Shown in pieces: positions 48,121 to 57,943 of a stretch of 57,943 bases of DNA (position 1 is its first letter; each line of letters begins with the position of its first letter). The position numbers and the translations under genes are program-made. The DNA is taken from assembly GCF_004010195.1 (NCBI RefSeq), contig NC_057756.1:7975707-8033649 (forward strand). Direction: 5' to 3'. The notes beneath the pieces were generated by a model that worked only from the letters and a program-made list of their open reading frames with translations, searched no databases and was not told where the DNA came from. Origin of the DNA: Chiloscyllium plagiosum (taxonomy: Eukaryota).

Positions 48121-48459
48121 TTGTCTGTAATGACTTGGTTTCACAGTGGCATGCACACTTTCCCAGCCTGAAGGAACAGTTCCCAAGTTAAGAGCTTTAG
48201 CAATTGAAAAGTAAGAGTAAAGTCACTGAAATTCTACAGGACCATAAGGCTACTCTCTCATTGCAGAGAGAGAAAAACGACTGCTGGTGGTTTAAATTGA
48301 GAGGTTGAGAAGGTATAGATTTCAAGGTTAATTTTTAGAAGATTATAGTTACACAAGTCAGTCTGTAACACGTAATGAGCAACACACTGAATAAAAACAA
48401 ACCTCTCACCTTCGTTAATAAAAGCACAAACGATGTAAATGCCAGAGAGTACGTTTCAT
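48121..48459 (-). pseudogene. Remnant of a paralogous LU-domain gene: exon 1 (48410-48459) and exon 2 (48121-48194)
   Basis: Removing one A after the ATG gives the 49-nt phase-1 signal exon MNVLSGIYIVCAFINE|gtgag. The next AG/GT exon reads AL...GNCSFRLGKCACHCETKSLQT and lacks the CxxC. Confidence 0.65.
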
Positions 48460-49576
48460 CTCCAGTTTCCTTCTTGCAGGTCAGTGAAATAAACCTCTTT
48501 TAAAAGCTCTACAGACTGTTTCTATCAGTCAATGTAAATATAATATAGATAATCACCTCCAACACCCAGAACCCTCCTACTTTCCTGATACCTTGCCAAG
48601 ATGACTCTGTCAGTCATTACAAATTTTGTTTCTTTTTCTTTCTTAGCCCCAAACTGTCACTGTACAGTAGTAATGCACATTATTACCTGTGTCAGTGTGT
48701 GTGTGTGTGTGTGTATACTGACTCCATAAAAAAGACTCCATTGTGTAAAAATTTCAATCAATATTTCCACCACCAGGAAAAACGCCCAAGTGGCCAACGT
48801 ACCATTAACAAACAAAACCCGAGAAGTGCAATGGTTACCTGAAGAAAGTGAAGAGGAAGGATAGGGATTAAATTAAAATTGAATTGGAGAGCAACAAATA
48901 CTCTTTATTTGTGTGGCAAAAAATTGTCGACTGCTTTCATTCTGAATTATCCAGAGTGCAGGTGATAAATATCAAATTACTTTCATTTTTAAAAATTATT
49001 TGTTGCTATTTCCTGTTGTCTTTGCAGATTGGTGTCAGTTGCTTGCATCAAGCTAATTTCTGACCTGTAACTGCCAAAAGGTTAATATGTATTTCACTGA
49101 CATTTATTCCCCTCATCAACTAAGCCCTGATATTCCCTCATGAGTCACAGTCTCTGAAGCTTTCTATGAAGAAACTTTTCTTGAGCAGTACGACTGCTCT
49201 GTTTGCTCTATTGGCTGAGATAAGTTTCTACCTTTTATAGAAACGTTGGAAAAGAAGGATTCAACTCAAACCCTTGAGCTTTTTCTGTTATTAAAAAAAA
49301 ATGACGACTGATCAGTGACCTGACTTCAATGACCAACTATTGCCCCATGTTTCTTAACAATTTTGTTGCCAAAAGTTTATCATTTTGGAATTAAGTTAGC
49401 AAATAAGATAAACCAGCAACTGCTTTCTGCAAAGCGTTTCAAAATTTGTACACTCTTTGTCTGAAAATTCTTCATTTCAGTTCAAATGAAACAATTCTTC
49501 AACACAGGATTGTAAGGCTTTGTATGATTGGATGATTTTGGTAATTTCATGAATTCAGTTTGAATCATATGGATTG

Positions 49577-49680
49577 TGAACCAGAATAGATTGATACATC
49601 TAGAACCAGAATAGATTGATACATCTGGAACCAGAATAGATTGATACATCTGGAACCAGAATAGATTGATACATCTAGAG
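49577..49680. repeat. 25-bp tandem repeat, four copies
   Basis: gaaccagaatagattgatacatct(a/g). Confidence 0.92.
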
Positions 49681-50079
49681 AGGAAAAGGTTGCTGGGAAT
49701 GAACACAGGCTTTGGACAGAAGTAGGGTCTCACCTCGGCAGGTGGTGAAACTGGGGGTTACAGATATACTAATACCTCTGGAAGGTATGAAAAACAAGTT
49801 ACTTGCCTGAACCAGATCATTTTGGAATTAAGGTAATGTACTGTCCATGTAACCTTCCAATAGGTATAAATATCCAGCGTTTCTCACTGGTTAGCAGAGT
49901 ACTACCTCAGAATTCTCTCTGCAGAGGCTCAACAAGTGATTGTTAAACCTGAACCTGAGATTCCTGAGATTATTTCATAAAACAATCCACCTCAAAGTTG
50001 TCTGAACAAGTAAAGAATTTAAGTTTTATGGTTCGGTTTTACATTATAATCAAGATGTTACTGATCATTTCTCATTGGA

Positions 50080-53000
50080 GTCATAGAGTCATAAAGATAT
50101 ACAGAATGGAAACAGACCCTGTGGTCCAACTCATCCATGCTGATCAGATATCCTTAGTTAATTTAGTCCCATTTGCCAGCATTTGACCCATTTCCCTCTG
50201 AACCATTCATATTCATGTACCCATCCAGATGACTTTTAAATGTTGTAATTGTACCAGCCACCACCACTTCTCTGGCAGCTCATTCCATATACACACCACC
50301 CACTGCATGAAACTTTGCCCCTTATATACATCTTTACCCTCTCACCTTAAACCTATGCCCCCTAGTTTTGGGGTCTTCTATCCTGTGAACAAGACTTCGC
50401 CTATACAACCTGTCTACATCCCTCATGATTTTATAAATTTCTACAGGTGACTCCTCAATCTCTGAAGCTCCAGGAAAATAGCCCCAGCCTATTCAGCCTC
50501 TATCTGTCGCTCAAATCCTCTAACCATGGCATAATTCTTGTAAGGCTTTTTTGTGACTTGAAGTTTAACAACATATTCTCTCTAGCAGGGAGACCAGAAT
50601 TGAAGGCAGTATTCCAAATGTAGCCTAACCAACGTCCTGTACAGCTGCAACATGATATCCCACCTCCTATACTCAATGCACTGACCAGTCAAGGCAAGTG
50701 TATCAAACACCTTCAACTACCTGTCCATCTGTGACTCCACCTTCAAGGAACTGTGAACCTGCGCCCCAAGGCCTCTTTGTTCAGTCATCCATGCCAGGAC
50801 CCTTTCATTAACTGTGTCAGTCCCACCTGATTTGCCTCACCAAAATGCAACAACTCATGTTTATTCAAATCATGCTATTCCAACTGCAACACTTAAGCCC
50901 ATCAGACCACCTGATCAAGGACCTATTATACTTTAAATAAAATTTTTCACCATCCACGACACCACCGATTTTGGTGTCATCTGCAAACTTGCTAATCATT
51001 CTTCCTATATCCAAATCCCTGTTATTTTTATCAGTGTGAAAACGCAGTGGACCTATCACCGTGTGTCACTTCGCCAGTAACAGGCAACTAATCCACCTCC
51101 ACCCCCTGTCTCTTACCTTCAAACCAGTCTTATATGCAAATGGCTAGCTCTCCCTAATCAAACCTTGTTAACCAATCCAACATTATCGAATGCCTTGCTG
51201 AAGTCGATATAGACGATGTCTACTGCTCTGCCTTAATCAATCTTCTGTGTCAATTGTTTAAAATACTAAATCAAGTCAGTGAGACATGATTTCCCATGCA
51301 CAAAGCCCTGTTGACTATCCTTAATCAGTCCTTGCTTTCCAAATATGTTTAGATCCCATCCCTTGGAATTTCCTCTGACATCAGGCTCACAGCCTATAGT
51401 TCCCTGGATTATCCTTATCACATTTTAAAGTAATGGCACCACATTAGCCACCCTCCAGTCTTCTTGCACCTCAGCCATGGCTTTTGATGATATTAATATC
51501 TCAGCAAGGGGGTCAGCAATCAGTTCCCTAGCTTCCTACAGAGGTCTGGGATACAGTTCTGGGGATTCATCCACTTTTATGCATTTTAAGATTTGCAGCA
51601 CCTCTTCCTCTGCAATATGAACACTTCTCAAGATTTCCCTGTTTATTTCTCCAAGTTCTCCACAGTAAACGCTAGCATGAAATACTTTCTCATTGACATC
51701 AATGACACTCTACGCCCATGTTTTAATTCATGCCCTCAACACATCTGCCTTGTTCCTCAGACTCTTATACTAAAATAAATCATCCAATTGTTCTAACTCC
51801 TTTGTGCCCTAACAAGCCAAAAATGTTTCCACCTTCATGACTCACTTGTTGTCTCTTCTAATTGCGGCAATTCAGTTTTCCTTGCTGGATCCAACACACA
51901 CTCTCACTCTCTCTCACACGCACATCACATACACACACACGCATATACACACTCACACATCACATACGCACATACACACATGCACACCAAAAACAGTCTC
52001 CATGTCCCAGCAATCTATAGACCTCCCTCCCGCACAATCTCTCCAGCCACACATCCATCAGGACTAACCTATTCCAATACTTGCTTCCACGTGACACCAG
52101 AAGTAATCCAGAGATGATGACATTTTGAGTCCTGATCTTTCATCTACTTCCTAGCTCCCTGAATTCTGCTTTCAGGACCTCATTCCTTTATCTCCCTACT
52201 TCATTGATACCAATATGTGTCATGACCTCTGTCTGTTTGTTCTCCCCTACAGCCATTCATTAATATTCCTGACCATGGTACCCAGGAGTCAACATATCAT
52301 CCTGGAGTCTCTTTTTTTTATGGCCACAGAAACATCCGTCCAGTCCACTTGCAAATGACTTTTCTCCAAATCTGGCCCTGCTGTTTGTTTTCCTCCCCTC
52401 TAGTACAATAGACCCACCCAAGCTGCCATGAAGCTTTCTCCTGTATAGTCACCTCCCCCAACAGTATCGAGAATGATTTATCTGTTAGAAAAGGGGATGG
52501 CCAAAGGGGGGCTTGCACTACCTGTCTTACCCAATACTGCCTGGTGGTCATCCATGTCCTGTCTGCCTGTTCAATGCATAGCCGAGTTGTAACACTTCAC
52601 CGAACCTGTTACCCAAGACTTGCTCAGCATTGCAGATGTTCCACTATGTGAATTCACCCCCAGCTCCACAATGTGGTTTGTCACCACTGTGATGAAGCTG
52701 CTCCTTTAACAAGGTTATGCTGTCCTTGGCTTTTTTTTCAGAGAGGTCGTACATGATGCAGACTCCAAAAGGTCCAGAGTTGAAGGGTTTTAGGGTCAAT
52801 TTGATAACAGCTAACAAATACTGTCTCAGACAGAAGGCTTTCGAGTTTTAAGAAAGAACACTTGTACAATAAAAGGAAAGTGGCCAATTCTCCCAGCTCA
52901 GCTTTTCTCTGGCTTGGTTTTTAGCAGTAGTTTGAAAAATGCTGCTGCACCCAAAGAAGTAAGCCCAGGCTGGTACTTTCTCTGACTTCTATCCTGTAAG

Positions 53001-53750
53001 ACCCTGTGTTTGATTTTCCCTTTACCAAGGGGTGTTTGTGCGGATTGTTGCAAATATTTGAATCAGCATCATTAAATTGGGATGATCTATTTGGTTTTTG
53101 GAGAAGTTATTCTGTTTTCTGTTCTTTGTCTTTCATTCAGTAATTGTGTAAATAAGTTCTGTTTTGTTTAAAACTAAGTGGGTTGACCAGCGGCATTCCT
53201 CCTGGAATATCCAGTTTACATTTGCTTAAAAGAAGTATAAATGTTTTGAGGGTTCTGGCCTGGTCCATAGCACCACCTTCAACACCAGAGACATGTTATG
53301 CTCTTGAGTAACTCTCTTTTTGAAAACAACAATGATGCTAAGGTCAAGGTCATTAACTTCCCTTACACTAACTGTACCTTACTTATACTACCTTGCTTCA
53401 TTACATTGGTCCTGGCTTGTACTTATTCCTATTGAGTCTTGTTAATCCTTTTCTCCCAAAAGCTGACATTTTTTTTCCCAAATCACGGATGAATCAATGC
53501 ACCAGTTTCCTGTGGTGTCACTAATTTGATTTTTTCTGCCAATCAGCAGACCCTTGAAAATACAGTCGGGAAGTTAAGCCTCCCTTCTCTCTGGTCAGTT
53601 GAAGCTGAAGAAAAAAAGTTGTACAAGCAACAAACCCTGAAAAAGGGACATTAAACTTATGAAAAAAAAAACCACAAAGCGCTACTTCCTGTTTTCACTC
53701 ACTCCAACGATTCCTCACTCTGGATCTTGCTTCTTACAGCGGCCCCATGC
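50080..53750 (-). mobile_element. Long degenerate CR1 LINE, interrupted by a solo LTR and a (CA)-rich tract
   Basis: Tail at 50080. SKFADDTKIGG in ORF 50865-51059. The continuation into ORF1/5' sequence (52050-53750) is less certain. Confidence 0.75.
52688..53272 (+). mobile_element. Solo LTR (Gypsy-type)
   Basis: TG...CA ends and 4-bp TSD CCAC (52684-52687 and 53273-53276). The ends resemble those of the 10905-11539 LTR. Confidence 0.82.
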
Positions 53751-55534
53751 AACACATAATGATTCGAGGTGAAACCAAAATCTAGTCCCTATGTTTTATC
53801 AGCTGGGGTCTAAAAATCAATTATTTGGGAATTTTTCATATTTCTTTTAAAGTCTTGATAACTTTTGTGACAGATCTAGAAAAAGCAGGGCTTTCTATCC
53901 AATGTGCTGATCCCAGTGAGTGAAGACATGATCCTTTCTATTTAATGTATTAATGATGTTGAGCACTTTGATTAACTCTCTCCTATCTCATGATAACATC
54001 TTTAGTCTCCCAAAATATATAAATGATCGCTCTCTGCTGGTACTGTTTTTGTGTATCTCTGCTGAACCAAGGCCTTGCCATGTTTTATATAATGTATTGT
54101 CCCCAGAACTGAACAAGGTGGTATGAATGGAACATTACTATATTTGAACAGTTACTGTTTAATCACTAACTAATCTACTCTTCTGATAAATTTTCCGATG
54201 GAGTTGCATTTCAGCCAATTCTCTTTATTTTCTCTTTTGTTGTATTTTAACTTAGTGTGTGAAGAAAGTGTGTTTTGCGTAACATCAAGCAGTTTGATGT
54301 AAATACCTCACTAGCTGGAACCACCAACTTTGTTTGCATCAACACCACTCACATAGTCACCAGCCATTGCATGTGTTTAGCCACTTTCTCAAATAAAATT
54401 GGAAAAGACTTCTACATCTTTCTCATCAAATGTAAGTAATGCTTGGACATATTTAAACAGATCTCCACCAGGCCATAGTCTATGATAGGACTGCACAGAA
54501 AATTTCAATGGGTGGAGAAATGTCAGGAGACATTGACAGCCTGAAAGCTGGGTTATCCACCGCCTCAATATGAGCAAAACCCAATTATGCAAATGTGTTC
54601 AAGGTGGCTATTGTTGCAAGTGATGTGGGTGTTGCATATACTTTCAATCCTTGAACTGCTGCACTTCTCCCTTCCCTACATTCCCAAATATCTTCTAGGT
54701 ATGCTTCTTTGACATTCTCCAATTGTTGCCTCACGTTTCAACAGTATCCCTTTTCACATATTATAGGACATTTTTTTGGCTCTTTGAAAATTTGGGTGAA
54801 CTGAGTTCCTTCCATTTGTGGTTTGTAAATCTCAAAATGTCATCGTACACGTCTGGCAAGTGATTAGCCAGGCAAAAATGCTTTAAAAAGAATGACTTTT
54901 TAATTGCAATATGAAGTGGGGTTAGTTTTGCTGCAGTGGTATATGACATTGGTGAGACCACATCTCGATGGACGAATGGCCTCACTCTGATTCTATATCT
55001 TATGGAGTACTGTGTACAGTTTTGACCTGTTTTCACAGGAGACGCTATAAATTCCTTAGAGCCATTTCAGGGAAAGTTCACTGCACATAAAGGAGGTGAC
55101 AGTGGAAGTTTATACAAAGATAATTATCCTTCTCTTATTTCCTTGTGCCAAAGGCAAGGTTTCCTCCAGATTGCAATCTTCCCCATGCTTTATGGGGTAT
55201 ATATATTGGCTGCATGAACATTGCTCTTTGTGATGCACACCCTGACTGCACCAATTCCCTGAACTGGAACAGTTGGCACTCAATCAATGTCATTGTCACC
55301 TCATTTGGAGAAGTGCCTGAGAAATACTTCATCTGACCCCTGGCAATCCACTTATAAGCCTCTTGGGCCAGTGAGAACCTCCTCTCTATGTTAATTTCTT
55401 TAATTGTATTATAGACCTTCTCCCTGGTTTTTATCCCACATTATCCCTCTAACTAGTGAATACCAATTGAAAGTATTCATTTAGAACCCTACCTACATCC
55501 TCTAGCTTCACACACAAATTATAACTACCATACT

Positions 55535-57755
55535 TAATGATACCAGACTGAACCCCCTTAAAATATATTAAGAAAGTAGATTCTTCCCTAATGTTTTCCT
55601 ATATTAAAGGTAAGGTGTTGTTTTGCAGGTACAATTTGATTAGTCAAACTGCTTAATGTTACGCAAAACACACTTTCTTCACACACTAAGTTGAAATGCA
55701 ACTCCATTGGAAAACTTATCAGAAGAGTAGATTAGTTAGCGATTAAACAGTAACTGTTCAAATAGAGTAATGTTCCATTCATACACCCTTGGCAAATAAC
55801 AAATTCAGAAAACAGATTGTCTCACATTCGACTCCAACAGTCCAGGAGGAAGAAATATCAAGAGAAAAGTCAGACAGGGAATATAGCAAGAAGAGATGTA
55901 CTTCAGCAACAGACCTAGATATAACTGCTGTTGAAAATGTAAGTTAAAAATCCTAATTCTGAGAGAGCTTGAACATACCCATTTAGTTTGCTTGTATTGT
56001 TCCAACATAATAAAAAAAACAAGTCCTCACAAGCTGTTTGCTTTATTGGTTTTGATACTTGTGTGTTAAAACCGCTCTTCAAACAAAAAGGGGCAAAATA
56101 ACCTCTTAAAGCCACAGTATCATCAACCCCCCCCTTAAGAAAACCATCAATGCCTTTTATTAATTTATGGGACTTGGGTGATGCTGGCTGGCCAGCATTG
56201 ATAGCCCACCTCTCTTTGCCCTTGAGAAGTTGGTGGTATGCTGCTTTCATGAATGACTGCAGTCCACTTGCTGTAGGTTGACCCACAATGCCGGTAGGGA
56301 GGGAATTCCAGGATTTTGCTGCTGTCTTTTACGATTTCACATGGTCCGTCGGGTTTCATTTCTTTGTTGTGATTTTCTAGCGGTTGATATGACTGATTGG
56401 CTTGCTAGGCCATCTTAGAGGGCAGTTGAGAGTCAACCACATTGCTGTGGCTCCAGACCAGATACAGATGACAGATTTCCTTCCCTAAGGGACATTAGTG
56501 AACCAGATGGGTTTTTATGACAATTGACAATGGTGTCACGGTCATCAGTCAACTCTTAATTCCAGATGTTTTTTATTGAATTCAAATTCTACCATCTGCC
56601 AAGGTGGTATTTGAACCCAGCTCCCTAGGTTATTATTCTGGGTTTCTGGCCCATATTACAAAAAAACCTTCATCTAGCTCAGTTAGTACACTACAATACA
56701 TGTACATTACATAAACTCTAAGCACACAAACATTTAGTGATACAGTCCACTTCAGTCTTTTTTCTTTCCCTGCCATTGAACACTACTCAAAGCTCCATCT
56801 TCCTTCGTCACAGTTATGTTTTATCATCCTGCTCCGTGTATAATTTTCTTATTGAATGGCTGCAATAATAAGCTATATCTAAACATCTGGAATTTTTGTG
56901 CTTAAATTTTTCAATTAACTTTATCATATACAATTGTCTCAGATATATTACTGATAATATAAATGGTGAAATGCTGCAACTTCAACACTAAGTCAAGGTC
57001 TCCTTCTCAATTGAGGAATATTTCTGTTGATGTTTATTCAATTTTCTAGGAAAATACCCAATAGGTCTTTCTGTCTTCTTGTCATCTTCCTACAAGAGTA
57101 CAACAGTGACACCCACATCACCTGCATCAATGGCTACCTTGAATGGCTTTGCACAATTAGTTTTGGCTAACACTGGGGCAGTGGTTTACGCAGCTCTCAG
57201 GGCTCAAATACCTTCTGACAGTCCACTACTCACTGAAATTTTCTGCATTTCTTCAATAATTCAGTTCATGGAGCAACGACGCAGCTTTAGTTCATTATCT
57301 TTCTGTTCTAATTCAGCTAAATTCTCTGAAAGAAAAATATCCACTTTGTCCTTCACTTCCTCTTGTTTCTTTTTCTCAACATTTGATCAAACATGGTCTC
57401 TGATAATTGAACATTAACTTCCTTATCTTTATTCTTTGATTTCTCCTCCGGTTTTAATCTGTGACTCACCATACATTCCAAGATATACTTCCAGAGACTC
57501 CTCAGTTGCCTGATTTTCCACTGGCTTTTGAACTACTGTAGGCATCATTCCCACCTGTGATCCAGCCAAATCATTATCAAGAATAAACTGCATTCCTGCC
57601 ATGAGAGCTTCTCTATTACTGCGACTACCACTTCACTACTTTTCACCAGACTCTCCAAAATCACTTTACATTGTCTCACCATGAATTTCATATATTATCA
57701 CCTTTCCTGGCAATACTCATTCTGAATTACATACCTCCTCATCTGTTGCCATCAA
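55535..57755 (-). mobile_element. Gypsy (Gmr1-like) element 3' part: post-protease region, RNase H, PPT and 3' LTR (about 55535-56125), with SINE/LINE inserts
   Basis: Minus-strand QFILDNDLAGSQVG and FKVAIDA...PIGYF.RKL...YSSIEKE. A G-run PPT at 56127-56134 precedes the LTR. Confidence 0.75.
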
Positions 57756-57943
57756 TAAGACCATAAGACCATAAGACATAGGAGTGGAAGTAAGGCCATT
57801 CAGCCCATCAAGTCCACTCCGCCATTCAATCATGGCTGATGCGCATTTCAGCTCCACTTACCAGCGTTCTCCCCGTAGCCCTTAATTCCTCGAGACAACA
57901 AGAATCTATCAATCTCGGCCTTGAAGACATTTAGCGTCCCAGC
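57756..57943 (-). mobile_element. Young CR1 LINE 3' end
   Basis: (ataagacc)n tail and a CR1 3' UTR running off the end of the window. Confidence 0.75.

Noticed and set aside
49577..49680. Mini CRISPR array
   Set aside because: Contiguous 25-bp tandem repeat with no spacers.
49745..49995. Possible small solo LTR (TATA-like tataaat, TG/CA ends)
   Set aside because: No convincing TSD or second copy in the window.

Overview
Repeat-rich vertebrate genomic DNA, most likely a shark (inferred from HE1-like tRNA-derived SINEs, abundant CR1 LINEs and Penelope elements). It has two N gaps. Two split protein-coding genes were reconstructed by hand from splice sites; the ORF track does not show them as genes. 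(1) The 3' end of a + strand type I membrane immunoreceptor-like gene: a TM exon and cytoplasmic exons ending in two YxN tyrosine motifs (568-6311). (2) A complete 9-exon - strand gene (45118-31757, 459 aa) for a probably GPI-anchored protein with four Ly6/uPAR (LU) domains (PLA2-inhibitor/PINLYP/CD177-like), with a 13-aa VNTR stalk and a paralogous pseudogene remnant upstream. Between them lies a 3.5 kb provirus (13604-17091) with two LTRs, a 4-bp TSD, a tRNA-Pro PBS and a PPT. It has no gag or RT: the leader joins directly to the last ~30 integrase codons and env, as expected of a reverse-transcribed spliced env mRNA. The rest is CR1 LINEs, Penelope elements and their minimal hammerhead-bearing short repeats, Gmr1-like Gypsy elements, solo LTRs, SINEs and minisatellites. 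All calls come from manual reading; repeat boundaries are approximate unless a TSD is cited.
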